A DNA stretch of 64,000 nt from an uncultured Chloroflexia bacterium (GTDB lineage: Bacteria; Chloroflexota; Dehalococcoidia; DSTF01; JALHUB01). This document shows, piece by piece, positions 1 to 10,363 of this stretch. The stretch lies in NCBI GenBank assembly GCA_963703345.1, contig OY969814.1, positions 2,208,001-2,272,000 of the forward strand, written 5' to 3'. How positions within the stretch are numbered: the stretch's first letter is position 1; every line of letters begins with the position of its first letter. Both the position numbers and the translations under genes were made by a program. The notes under the pieces were generated by a model that was not told where the DNA came from, searched no databases, and worked only from the letters and a program-made list of their open reading frames with translations.

Positions 1-268
1 CTCGTCTTGAGACGGCGTTGCGGCCCTTCATAGCCAGGTTGCCAGTGTAAACGCCGAAGGACGGCGGCGTTGGCGAGGCGTCCAAGGGCCCCGAGGCGAC
101 GGGCGGCCCTGCCGGTGAAGTCGCAATTCAGGAACCTCGCTCTCCCCCTGGTCGGAAGGATCGGGCGAGATGCCCGCCCCCCGCGGGAATGTCCCCCAAA
201 TTGACCCATACATTGCCTATTGATAGCATTTCGCTGTAGGTTGCCTGCACATCTCTCATAGCGGTGAT

Positions 269-627
269 TTGTTGCAAACCCTCTTGAATAATTACGCGGC
301 CGTCCTTCTGGCCGTGGGTATCGGTGTGGGAATGGTCCTGGCAGCCCTCATCGCGGCCAGGATACTGGCGCCGTTCTCCTCGTCGAAGGCCAAGTCCACC
401 CCCTACGAGTGCGGCATGCTCCCCATTGGGCGCGTCCGCACCCAGATGAGCATTCGCTACTATCTATACGCAATCCTCTTCCTCGTCTTCGACGCGGAGG
501 CCGTGTTCCTCTTCCCCTGGGCCGTCAGCCTCGTCGGCGTGGGCAAGGCCGCCTTCTTCGAGATGGTGCTCTTCCTCTCCGTCATGGGCGCCGGCCTGAT
601 CTATGCCTGGAAGAAGGGAGCGCTGGA

Positions 628-637
<10 letters not shown>
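269..637 (+). CDS. nuoA: NADH-quinone oxidoreductase subunit A
   Basis: K-x-x-PYECG loop, [22 protein letters not shown] end; first gene of nuo operon. Confidence 0.95.
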
Positions 638-1208
<571 letters not shown>

Positions 1209-1212
<4 letters not shown>

Positions 1213-1814
1213 CCTCTCCGCACGAAGGCCCGCAGGAGGCGCCGATCGTCCCGCCCGAGCCCGGGACCATCGCCGACCTGTTCCGCGAAGCGCTGCCCGA
1301 CGTCGAATTCGTCGCCTCGCAGGGGCCCATCGACGTCATGCTCACCGTCGACCGGAAAGACATCCCGCAAGTCCTGCGCACGGCCAAGGACGACCCGAAG
1401 CTCGACCTGAAGTACCTGCGCTGCCTGCTCGGCGTTGACCACGAGGACGCGGGGCTGGAGGTCGTCTACCAGCTTTACTCCTTCACCCGCGGCCACGGCG
1501 TCACGCTGAAGACGCGTTTGCCACAGGACGACCCGCGCGTGGCGTCTGCCGCGTCGATCTGGAAGGGCGCCGACTGGCTGGAGCGGGAGACGGCGGAGAT
1601 GTTCGGCATCGTGTTCGAGGGGCACCCGAATCCCGTGCCGCTGCTGCTGCCGGACGACATGACGGACCACCATCCGCTGCGCAAGGACAACCCGCTGGCG
1701 CAGGTGGAAGAGTGGCAGGGGCTGCGCCTGGGCGCGGAGGCGGCGAAGGTCGGGCATATCCCGGCTGGCTACGAGAGCATCGCCGGCGAAGGCGGCGAGG
1801 AGAACGGCGGCTAG
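1209..1814 (+). CDS. nuoC: NADH-quinone oxidoreductase subunit C
   Basis: [24 protein letters not shown]; ATGA overlap with nuoB. Confidence 0.93.
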
Positions 1815-1817
1815 GCG

Positions 1818-2942
1818 ATGGTGACGGAACAAGAACGCGAGCTCGAGACGCTCGATATCAACGTCAACGTCGGGCCGCAGCACCCGGCGACTCACGGCGT
1901 CTTCCGCATGGTGCTCAGCGTCAGCGGCGAGAAGGTCGTCAACGTCGTGCCGCACATCGGCTACATGCACCGCGGTGCCGAGAAGCTGTCCGAGAACGTC
2001 GACTACCGTCAGGGCATCATCTACCAGGACCGCACCGAGTACCTGGCGCAGTTCAACGCTGAGATGTGCTACTGCATGGCGGTGGAGAAGCTGGCCGGCC
2101 TGGAGCCGCCGGAGCGCGCGGAGTATATCCGCGTAATCCTTACGGAGCTGAACCGCATAACGAGCCACTACATGTTCGTCGGCGCCTTCGCCACCGACAT
2201 CGGCGTCTACGGCACCGCTTTCACATACGCTTTCCGAGAGCGCGAGTACATCCAGGAGATATTCGACGCTGTGTCCGGCGACCGCATGATGTACGGCTAC
2301 TTCCGGCCCGGCGGCGTTGTCTGGGACTTGCCCGACGACTTCAGGGAGCGCGTCCGCTGGGTCTGCCGGCAAACACGCGTCGGCATCGACGACATCGACC
2401 GGCTGCTGACGACGAACGAGATATTCCTCACCCGCTGCCGCGACATCGGCGTCATCTCGCAGGATGACGCCATCGACTACGGCCTCTCCGGCCCGATGCT
2501 GCGCGCCTGCGGCCTCCCCTTCGACCTGCGCCGCAATGAGCCGTACTCCATCTATGACCGCTTCGACTTCGACATCCCGACCGGCACGCACGGCGACGTG
2601 TATGACCGCTACCTTGTGCGAATGGAAGAGATGCGGCAATCGGTGCGCATCGTTGAGCAGGCGCTGGAGCAGATGCCGGACGGCCCGATCATGCCGGAGA
2701 AGGCGCCGCGGCGGCTGCGACTGCCTCCGGGCGAGGTGTACATGCGCACCGAGAACCCGCGCGGCGAGTACGGCATCTACCTCGTCTCGAAGGGCGGCGA
2801 GAAGCCGTACCGGCTGAAGATCCGCTCCTCCTGCCTGAGCAACCTGACGGCGCTGCGGCAGATGGTTGTCGGGCACTACATCGCCGACGCCGTCGTCATC
2901 CTTGGCTCCGTGGACATCGTTCTGGGAGAGGTGGACAGGTGA
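1818..2942 (+). CDS. nuoD: NADH-quinone oxidoreductase subunit D
   Basis: GPQHPATHGV, GYMHRGAEK, ENPRGE, C-terminal DIVLGEVDR. Confidence 0.96.
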   Translation: MVTEQERELETLDINVNVGPQHPATHGVFRMVLSVSGEKVVNVVPHIGYMHRGAEKLSENVDYRQGIIYQDRTEYLAQFNAEMCYCMAVEKLAGLEPPERAEYIRVILTELNRITSHYMFVGAFATDIGVYGTAFTYAFREREYIQEIFDAVSGDRMMYGYFRPGGVVWDLPDDFRERVRWVCRQTRVGIDDIDRLLTTNEIFLTRCRDIGVISQDDAIDYGLSGPMLRACGLPFDLRRNEPYSIYDRFDFDIPTGTHGDVYDRYLVRMEEMRQSVRIVEQALEQMPDGPIMPEKAPRRLRLPPGEVYMRTENPRGEYGIYLVSKGGEKPYRLKIRSSCLSNLTALRQMVVGHYIADAVVILGSVDIVLGEVDR

Positions 2943-4051
2943 GCCAGTTGGGCGAATTCTTCGACAACGTCTGGGTGGACGCCTTCTGGCGGCTCCTGGT
3001 CGTCCTCGGCCTGATGGTGTTCGTCGTGCTTGCGCTGACTTATGTCGAGCGGAAGTTCATCGGCCGCATCCAGATGCGCCTCGGCCCGATGCGCACGGGT
3101 CCCTACGGCATCTTCCAGCCCATCGCCGACATGATGAAGATCCTGCTGAAGGAGGACCTGCGGCCCGCCACCGCCGACCGCCTGGCTTTCGAGCTGGCGC
3201 CCTTTCTGGCGTTCGTGCCCGTCTTCCTGACGCTGCTGGTCCTGCCCTTCACCGCCAGATGGAGCGTTCGCGTCCTCGACCTGGGGCTGCTCTATTTCCT
3301 CGCCGTGTCCGGTCTTACCGTGCTCGGCTATGTCATCGCCGGCTGGGCCTCCGACAGCAAGTACGGCCTCATCGGCGCTCTGCGCACGGCGGCGCAGCTC
3401 ATCAGCTACGAAGTGCCGCTCGTCCTGGCCGTGCTGGCGCTGTCGATGCTTGCCGGCTCTCTCAACCTCGTCGACATCGTCCGCGACCAGGGACGCGTGC
3501 CGTTCATCGTCTGGCAGCCGCTGGGGTTCTTCCTGTTCATGGCGGCGGCGGTATCGGACCTCTCACGCCGTCCCTTCGACGTCGCGGCGGCGGAGTCGGA
3601 GGTGGCCGGCGGGCCGTGGATCGAGTTCAGCAGCATCCGCTGGAGCATTCTCTACGCCCTCACCGAGTACACGAACATGTTCGCGCTCTGCGTCCTCGGA
3701 TCGCTCATCTTCCTCGGCGGCTGGGACTGGCCGCTGGGACTGAAGTGGGGCTGGCCCTGGCAGCTCGTCCTCATCTTCGGGAAGACGATGACCTTGATCC
3801 TCGTCATCATGTGGCTGAACGCTACTTTCCCGCGCGTCCGCGTCGACCAGCTCATGTCGTTCTGCTGGAAGCTCCTGTTGCCGCTGGCGTTCGCGCAGAT
3901 CTTCCTGAACGGCCTCATCATCGTCTATGCCTGGCCGGACTGGACATTCCTGGTGACCTCCGGCCTCACGCTGCTCGTCGCCGGCTACGTCGTCTACACG
4001 CGGCTGCCGCTGGGCTCGCCGTCGCGAATCGTCGCAAGGAGTACGGTCTGA
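2939..4051 (+). CDS. nuoH: NADH-quinone oxidoreductase subunit H
   Basis: ERK..Q.R.GP, QPIADMMK...KED, SYE, RPFD..AESE; multi-TM. Confidence 0.95.
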   Translation: MSQLGEFFDNVWVDAFWRLLVVLGLMVFVVLALTYVERKFIGRIQMRLGPMRTGPYGIFQPIADMMKILLKEDLRPATADRLAFELAPFLAFVPVFLTLLVLPFTARWSVRVLDLGLLYFLAVSGLTVLGYVIAGWASDSKYGLIGALRTAAQLISYEVPLVLAVLALSMLAGSLNLVDIVRDQGRVPFIVWQPLGFFLFMAAAVSDLSRRPFDVAAAESEVAGGPWIEFSSIRWSILYALTEYTNMFALCVLGSLIFLGGWDWPLGLKWGWPWQLVLIFGKTMTLILVIMWLNATFPRVRVDQLMSFCWKLLLPLAFAQIFLNGLIIVYAWPDWTFLVTSGLTLLVAGYVVYTRLPLGSPSRIVARSTV

Positions 4052-4515
4052 TGCTGGGAGTGCTGCGGAGCATGACGGCGACCTTCCGGACGATGGTCCG
4101 CAAGCCGGTGACCATCCAGTATCCGACGGTGCGCCGCGCGATACCGGAGCGCGAGCGAGGATACCCCCTGCTCCTCTGGGACGGCGAGGTCGGCGAGCCG
4201 TTCTGCACCGGCTGCCACGCCTGCGAGCGCGCCTGCCCGACAGAGTGCATATCGGTCATTATGAAGGACAATCCGCTGGCGGCTGAAGGGAAGAGCAAGC
4301 GGCGCAAGATCGTCGACCAGTTCCTGCTGGACTACGGGCGCTGCATTCGCTGCCGCATCTGCGTCGAGACGTGCAACTTCAGCGCCATCGCCATGAACAA
4401 CACCTGGGCGGGCCACGAGATGTCGCGCTACGACCGCGGCGAGCTGGTGATGGACCTGGAGCAACTGCTGGCCGCCTCGCGCGAGGGCGGATTCATGCCC
4501 TGGGTGGCGCCATGA
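4051..4515 (+). CDS. nuoI: NADH-quinone oxidoreductase subunit I (2x[4Fe-4S])
   Basis: TIQYP, CTGCHACERACP and CIRCRICVETC; ATG at 4051 within ORF 2866..4515. Confidence 0.93.
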   Translation: MLGVLRSMTATFRTMVRKPVTIQYPTVRRAIPERERGYPLLLWDGEVGEPFCTGCHACERACPTECISVIMKDNPLAAEGKSKRRKIVDQFLLDYGRCIRCRICVETCNFSAIAMNNTWAGHEMSRYDRGELVMDLEQLLAASREGGFMPWVAP

Positions 4516-5018
4516 CCGTAACGGAAGTGCTGTTCTACTTCATCGCGGGGGCCACCGTGCTCAGCGCGCTGGGCGTCGTGGCGACGGGGAAGGTGGCATA
4601 CGCCGCCATCTCGCTCGTCTTCACGCTGCTGGCGGTGGCGGCGCTGTACATCCTGCTCGCCAGCGAGTTCCTGGCGCTGGTGCAGGTGCTTCTCTACGCC
4701 GGCGGCGTCGCGGTGCTGCTGCTGTTCGCGCTGATGCTGACGCGCGCCCGCGAGCTTGTGCCGGAGCTGGACGGTGCGCAGAAGCCCTTCGCGGTTGTGG
4801 CCGCACTGAGCCTGATGGGCGTGCTCATCGCCACCGTCTTTCTAACTACGTGGCCGCGGAAGGCCGACGAGCCAACGATCGTGAACCTCAGCGCTATCGG
4901 CGACGCGCTGTTCCGGACGTGGACGCTTCCTTTCGAGGTCGTATCGCTGGTGCTGCTGGTCGCGCTCGTCGGCGCGATAGTGCTGGCGCGGTCGGAGGAG
5001 GAGGAGGAAGACCTGTGA
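4512..5018 (+). CDS. nuoJ: NADH-quinone oxidoreductase subunit J
   Basis: EFLALVQVLLYAGGVAVLLLF, LPFEVVSLVLLVALVGA. Confidence 0.94.
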   Translation: MTVTEVLFYFIAGATVLSALGVVATGKVAYAAISLVFTLLAVAALYILLASEFLALVQVLLYAGGVAVLLLFALMLTRARELVPELDGAQKPFAVVAALSLMGVLIATVFLTTWPRKADEPTIVNLSAIGDALFRTWTLPFEVVSLVLLVALVGAIVLARSEEEEEDL

Positions 5019-5323
5019 TCCCGCTTCAGAGCTTCCTCGTGCTCAGCGCCATCCTCTTCTCGCTCGGCGTCTACGGCGTCCTTGTCCGAAGGCACGCGGT
5101 GCTGATCCTGATGTCGGTTGAGCTGATGCTTAACGCCGCCAGCATCAACATGGTCGCCTTCGCCGCCTATACGTCGCCGGAGCGATTCGCCGGCATCATC
5201 TTCGCAATCTTCATCATCACCATCGCCGCCGCCGAAGTCGGGCTGGCGCTGGCGATAGTCCTGCGCATCTTCCGCAACCGCACGACAGCGAACGTCGATG
5301 AGGTGCACGAGCTGAAATGGTAG
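5015..5323 (+). CDS. nuoK: NADH-quinone oxidoreductase subunit K
   Basis: MSVELMLNAA, AAAEVGLALA; GTGA overlap. Confidence 0.94.
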   Translation: MIPLQSFLVLSAILFSLGVYGVLVRRHAVLILMSVELMLNAASINMVAFAAYTSPERFAGIIFAIFIITIAAAEVGLALAIVLRIFRNRTTANVDEVHELKW

Positions 5324-5363
5324 CAACGACGGCCGTTTCGACTAGCGAGAGGGACAGATAGCG

Positions 5364-7262
5364 ATGGGCATGGAGCAGGCGTGGCTCATCCCCGCCATTC
5401 CGGCCGCTGCCGCCGCCATCCTCATCCTCTTCGGCAAGTACCTGCCGCGCAAGGGCGACTGGCTGTCGGTGCTGGCGATAAGCGCCTCGTTCGTGCTGTT
5501 CATCTTCGTCCTCAAGGACCTGACTAGCGCGCTGGCCGGCGGCGGCGAGTTCACGGCGGTCCACTCCGGCCACCAGTGGGTGAAGTTCGACGGCTTCGAG
5601 TTGCGCATCGGCTTCCAGGTCGACCAGCTCGCGGCCGTGATGCTGGCGGTCGTCAGCTTCATCAGCCTGATGGTGCAAGTCTACTCGCTCGGCTACATGA
5701 AGGGCGACAAGCGTTACGGCTGGTATTTCGCCGTGCAGTCGCTGTTCGCGGCGGCCATGCTTACGCTCGTCCTCGCCGACAACTTCCTGCTGCTGTACTT
5801 CGCCTGGGAGGGCGTCGGCCTCTGCTCGTTCCTGCTCATCGGCCACTACCACGAGCGGCGCTCCGCGGCGGAGGCGGCGAAGAAGGCGTTCATCACCACG
5901 CGCCTGGGCGATGTCGGCCTCCTGATCGGCGTCATCCTGCTCTATCGTTCCGTCGGCACGTTCGACATGTCGACCATCTTCAACGCCGCGCGCGCCGGCC
6001 AGATCGACCACGCCTACCTGACGGCGGCAGTCCTCCTCATCCTGCTGGGCGCGATGGGAAAGTCGGCGCAGTTCCCGTTCCATGTCTGGCTGCCCGACGC
6101 CATGGAGGGCCCAACGCCGGTCAGCGCCCTGATCCACGCCGCAACGATGGTCGTCGCCGGCGTCTACCTGGTGGCGCGCACGATGCCGCTCTTCCAGGAG
6201 GTGCCCGCAACGCTGATAGCCGTTACCGGTGTTGGTCTGATCACCACCTTCATGTCGGCGACGATGGGCCTGGTGATGACGGACATCAAGCGCGTCGTCG
6301 CCTACTCGACGCTGAACAGCCTCGGGCTCATGTTCATCGCCCTGGGCGCGGGCTCCGTGACCGTCGCGCTGCTATACGTGTTCACGCACGCCTTCTTCAA
6401 GGCGCTGCTCTTCCTCGCCTCGGGATCGGTCTACCACGCGACGGATGAGCTGGAGGTGACGCGGATGGGCGGCCTGGCGAAGAAGATGCCGGTCACAGCG
6501 ACGGTCTTCACGCTCGGCGCTCTGTCGATGGCCGGCCTGGTGCCTCTGGCCGGCTTCTGGGCGAAGGACGAGCTTCTACTGACGACCTTCAACAACCACA
6601 ACTTCGTCATCTACCTGCTCGTGCTGGCAAGCGTGCTCATCACCGCCCTATACATGACGCGACTGGTCCTGCTGGTCTTCACGGGCAAGCCGCGCGACGA
6701 GCATGTCTACGAGCACGCGCATGAGCCCGGCCCGGCGATGCGCCTGCCCATCATCCTGCTGGGCGTGCTGACGGTGTTCGCCGGTTTCGTCGTCTTCAAC
6801 GGCGTCGGGCGGCTGATGGGCTTCCCGGGCGGCTTCGGCGAGTTCCTGTTCACGAGCGAGCCGGAGGCGCTCCGGATAAACGTCGGCGTCACCGCCTCGT
6901 CGATCCTGCTGGTGCTGCTCGGAATCGCCGGCGGCTTCTACTTCTGGGGCGGAGCGTCGGAGCGCGCCAGGGCCGCAGGCGCGGCCGCGCCGCAGCTTTA
7001 CCGCCTCTTCCGCAATAAGTACTACATGGACGACGCCTACCAGTGGGCCATCAATCACGTCGTGCTTGTCGTGGCGGGCGCAGTTTCCTGGTACGACCGC
7101 GCGGTAGTGAACGACACCGGCGTCAACGGGCCGGCCGATGTCACGCGCTTCGGCGGCTTCCTGCTGAAGTTCCACGAGACGGGCCGGATGCCCAACTACG
7201 CCCTGCTCATGGCCGTCGGCGTGGTCGTCCTGTCGATAGCTGCTTTGATCGTAGGGACGTAG
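5364..7262 (+). CDS. nuoL: NADH-quinone oxidoreductase subunit L
   Basis: WEGVGLCS, GKSAQFPFHVWLPDAMEGPTPVSALIHAATMV, HAFFKALLF. Confidence 0.97.
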   Translation: MGMEQAWLIPAIPAAAAAILILFGKYLPRKGDWLSVLAISASFVLFIFVLKDLTSALAGGGEFTAVHSGHQWVKFDGFELRIGFQVDQLAAVMLAVVSFISLMVQVYSLGYMKGDKRYGWYFAVQSLFAAAMLTLVLADNFLLLYFAWEGVGLCSFLLIGHYHERRSAAEAAKKAFITTRLGDVGLLIGVILLYRSVGTFDMSTIFNAARAGQIDHAYLTAAVLLILLGAMGKSAQFPFHVWLPDAMEGPTPVSALIHAATMVVAGVYLVARTMPLFQEVPATLIAVTGVGLITTFMSATMGLVMTDIKRVVAYSTLNSLGLMFIALGAGSVTVALLYVFTHAFFKALLFLASGSVYHATDELEVTRMGGLAKKMPVTATVFTLGALSMAGLVPLAGFWAKDELLLTTFNNHNFVIYLLVLASVLITALYMTRLVLLVFTGKPRDEHVYEHAHEPGPAMRLPIILLGVLTVFAGFVVFNGVGRLMGFPGGFGEFLFTSEPEALRINVGVTASSILLVLLGIAGGFYFWGGASERARAAGAAAPQLYRLFRNKYYMDDAYQWAINHVVLVVAGAVSWYDRAVVNDTGVNGPADVTRFGGFLLKFHETGRMPNYALLMAVGVVVLSIAALIVGT

Positions 7263-7263
7263 C

Positions 7264-8772
7264 ATGCCGCACAACTACCTCCTCCTGCCGTTCATCGTCC
7301 TGCCGCTGGCGACGTCGCTGGTGCTGCTGGCCGTGCCGGCGCGCCACAAGGACGTCGTGCGCTACATCGCCGCGGCATCCGGCCTGGCGCTGCTTGGGCT
7401 GGCGCTCTACGTCTTCTTCGCCTACCAGTTCGGCGACGGCGACAGTGTCATCCAGTTCGAGGGGCGCTGGCCGTGGCTGGAGAACGTGGGCTTCCTGGGC
7501 GCGAACGGCATCACGCTGCACCTGGGCGTCGACGGCGTTTCCGCGCCGATGGTGCTCTTGAATGGAATCGTCGCTTTCACCGGCGTTCTGATCTCCTGGA
7601 AGATCGACTATCGCAACAAGGACTTCTTCGTCCTCTTCTTCGCGCTGGTGGCGGGCGTCTTCGGCACGTTCATCTCGCTCGACCTCTTCTTCTTCTTCTT
7701 CTTCTACGAGCTGGCCGTCCTCCCGATGTTCCTGCTCATCGCCGTTTGGGGCTCCAGCAGCCGCTTCCCAACCTTCGTCCGCACGAAGGAGTACGGCGCG
7801 ATGAAGCTGACGCTCTACCTGGTGGCCGCGAGCGTTCTCATCTTCATCGGCATCTTCGCCATCTTCGTCAAGGCGAACATCGGCACCTTCGACCTGCCGG
7901 CGCTGTACAACGTCCACTTCTCAGAGGGCTTCCAGAAGGCGCTCTTCCCCGTGTTCGTCCTCGGCTGCGGCGTGCTGGCGGGCCTGTGGCCGTTCCACAC
8001 CTGGTCGCCGGACGGCCATGTCGCCGCGCCGACGGCCGTCAGCATGCTCCACGCCGGCGTGTTAATGAAGCTGGGCGCCTTCGGGATCATCCGCCTGGGC
8101 ATCCAGCTCCTGCCAGCGGGCGCCCAGTTCTGGATGCCGGCCGTGATGGTGCTGGCGACGACGAACGTCATCTACGGTTCGATCTCGGCGATGGCCCAGC
8201 GCGACTTCAAGTACATGGTGGGCTACTCCAGCGTAAGCCACATGGGCTACGTTCTGATGGGCCTGGCGACGCTGAACCCCATCGGCGTGAACGGCGCTGT
8301 GCTCCAGATGTTCTCCCACGGCGTCATGACGGCCCTCATGTTCGCCATGGTCGGTGCCGTCTACGACCAGGCGCACGTCCGCGACATGTCGGTCTTCGGT
8401 GGGCTGGCGAACAAGATGCCGCGCTTCACGGCCTTCTTCGCCATCGCCGGGCTGGCGTCGTTAGGGCTGCCAGGGCTCTCCGGCTTCGTCGCCGAGTTCC
8501 ACATCTTCGTGGGGACGTTCCAAACGTATCCGGCGTTCGGAGCCCTGGCGATCTTCGGCGCGGCGATAACGGCGGTCTACATCCTGCGCATGCTGGCGAT
8601 GGCTTTCTTCGGGCCGCTCAATGAGCGCTGGTCGAACCTGGTGGAGATGACGCGCTACGAGCAGGCAGCGGGCGCCGTGCTCATCTTCTTCCTGCTGTTC
8701 ATGGGCACGTGGCCGGCGCCCTTTATCGACCGCATCTCCCACACCGTACTGACGATGGCGGCGGTGCGATGA
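7264..8772 (+). CDS. nuoM: NADH-quinone oxidoreductase subunit M
   Basis: PFHTWSPDGHVAAPT, MKLG, YSSVSHMG, LPGLSGFVAEF. Confidence 0.96.
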   Translation: MPHNYLLLPFIVLPLATSLVLLAVPARHKDVVRYIAAASGLALLGLALYVFFAYQFGDGDSVIQFEGRWPWLENVGFLGANGITLHLGVDGVSAPMVLLNGIVAFTGVLISWKIDYRNKDFFVLFFALVAGVFGTFISLDLFFFFFFYELAVLPMFLLIAVWGSSSRFPTFVRTKEYGAMKLTLYLVAASVLIFIGIFAIFVKANIGTFDLPALYNVHFSEGFQKALFPVFVLGCGVLAGLWPFHTWSPDGHVAAPTAVSMLHAGVLMKLGAFGIIRLGIQLLPAGAQFWMPAVMVLATTNVIYGSISAMAQRDFKYMVGYSSVSHMGYVLMGLATLNPIGVNGAVLQMFSHGVMTALMFAMVGAVYDQAHVRDMSVFGGLANKMPRFTAFFAIAGLASLGLPGLSGFVAEFHIFVGTFQTYPAFGALAIFGAAITAVYILRMLAMAFFGPLNERWSNLVEMTRYEQAAGAVLIFFLLFMGTWPAPFIDRISHTVLTMAAVR

Positions 8773-10265
8773 ACCCGGACTACTCGCTGCTGATCCCGGA
8801 GTACCTGCTGGCGACGCTGGCGGCCATCGTCGTCGCCCTCGGCCTCTACGACACGCGGCGCGCCCGCACGTACCTGCCGTACGTTTCGGCGGCCGGCCTC
8901 GGCGGCATACTCGTCGTCTCGCTGTTTTATGTTAACAAGGGACCGCTGGATTTCGCCGGCCTCGTCCAGGTCGACAACTACACGACGTTCTTCCGCGTCC
9001 TGTTCATCGCCATCACCGCCGTCGTCTGCCTGGCGTCGGCGCACTTCGTGCGGGCGAACCTGCGCCACGCCGGCGAGTACTACGGGCTGCTCATCCTCTC
9101 GACCATCGGCGCGATCTACATGGCCGCCGCCCGCGATCTCATCGCCGCCTACGTTTCGCTGGAGCTGCTGAGCTTCAGCCTCTACGTGCTCGTCTCCTTC
9201 GCCAAGCTGGACGCGAAGTCGAACGAAGGCGGCATGAAGTATATGCTGCTCGGCGCCTTCTCCTCGGCGCTGTTCCTGTACGGCCTGAGCCTTATCTACG
9301 GCGTCGCCGGCTCGACCTCATACGGCGACATCAACGCGGCGTTCAGCGGCGGCGTCAGCAGCTTCGGCCCGGCGATGCTCATGGGGCTGGTGCTGGTAAT
9401 CGCCGGCATCGGCTTCAAAGTGTCGGCCGTGCCTTTCCACATGTGGGCGCCGGACGCTTACGAAGGCGCGCCGCTGCCGATCACCGCCTATCTGTCGGCG
9501 GCATCGAAGGCGGCGGGCGTGGCGCTTCTGCTGCGACTGTTCACGGAGGCGTTCCTGCCGGTGCTCGGCGATTGGCAGTGGATGATCGCGGCGCTGGCGG
9601 CGGCAAGCATGACGCTGGGCAACCTAGTCGCCATCCAGCAGCACAACATCAAGCGACTTCTCGCCTACTCCAGCATCGGGCAGGCCGGCTTCATGCTGAT
9701 GGGCATCGCCGCTCTCTCGCAAGCGACGGCGAGCACGCTGGTGCTGCACCTGACGGGCTACGTCATCACCAATCTGGCAGCCTTCGCGGCGGTCATCGCC
9801 TTCTACAACGCGAGCGGCAAGGACGAGATAGAGGACTTCCGCGGCCTGGCGGAGCGGGCGCCCTTCCTGGCGCTCTCCCTCACCATCGCTTTGTTCTCGC
9901 TGGCAGGAATGCCCCTGTTCGCCGGCTTCGCGACGAAGTTCCTGCTGTTCCAGGCCGTCGCCAATGAGGGGTTCCTCTGGTTGGCGGCGCTGGCGGTCGT
10001 GAACAGCCTGATATCGCTCTACTACTACCTGCTGGTCATCAGGCAAATGTACGTCGGCGAGGCGGACGACAAGCTGCGACTGCGCGTCCCTGCCGGCGTG
10101 AACGCGGTCATCCTGGCGCTGGTCATCGGCGTCTTCGTCGTCGGGCTGTACCCACAGCCGCTGTTCAAGGCGACGGACAGCGCCGTCCACGCAGTCTTCC
10201 AGACGTCGACGCAGCAGGCGGGAAGCGCGGGCGCCGCGTCCGCCGTTTCGCTCGACGGCCGCTGA
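8769..10265 (+). CDS. nuoN: NADH-quinone oxidoreductase subunit N
   Basis: EGGMKY, FKVSAVPFHMWAPDAYEGAP, KRLLAYSSI; ATG at 8769 overlapping nuoM stop. Confidence 0.96.
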   Translation: MNPDYSLLIPEYLLATLAAIVVALGLYDTRRARTYLPYVSAAGLGGILVVSLFYVNKGPLDFAGLVQVDNYTTFFRVLFIAITAVVCLASAHFVRANLRHAGEYYGLLILSTIGAIYMAAARDLIAAYVSLELLSFSLYVLVSFAKLDAKSNEGGMKYMLLGAFSSALFLYGLSLIYGVAGSTSYGDINAAFSGGVSSFGPAMLMGLVLVIAGIGFKVSAVPFHMWAPDAYEGAPLPITAYLSAASKAAGVALLLRLFTEAFLPVLGDWQWMIAALAAASMTLGNLVAIQQHNIKRLLAYSSIGQAGFMLMGIAALSQATASTLVLHLTGYVITNLAAFAAVIAFYNASGKDEIEDFRGLAERAPFLALSLTIALFSLAGMPLFAGFATKFLLFQAVANEGFLWLAALAVVNSLISLYYYLLVIRQMYVGEADDKLRLRVPAGVNAVILALVIGVFVVGLYPQPLFKATDSAVHAVFQTSTQQAGSAGAASAVSLDGR

Positions 10266-10363
10266 CGCTCTCGACGCATTCCCCTCAAAACAAAGGCCGG
10301 CAACTTTCGTCACCGGCCTTTCGATTGCTCTCTCGCGGGCAAGACGTCCACGCCAGCTAGACG

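Noticed and set aside
28-213. Short minus-strand ORF at the window start, and short ORFs at 20317-20757 and 54920-55180
   Set aside because: No motifs or RBS support; probably intergenic.
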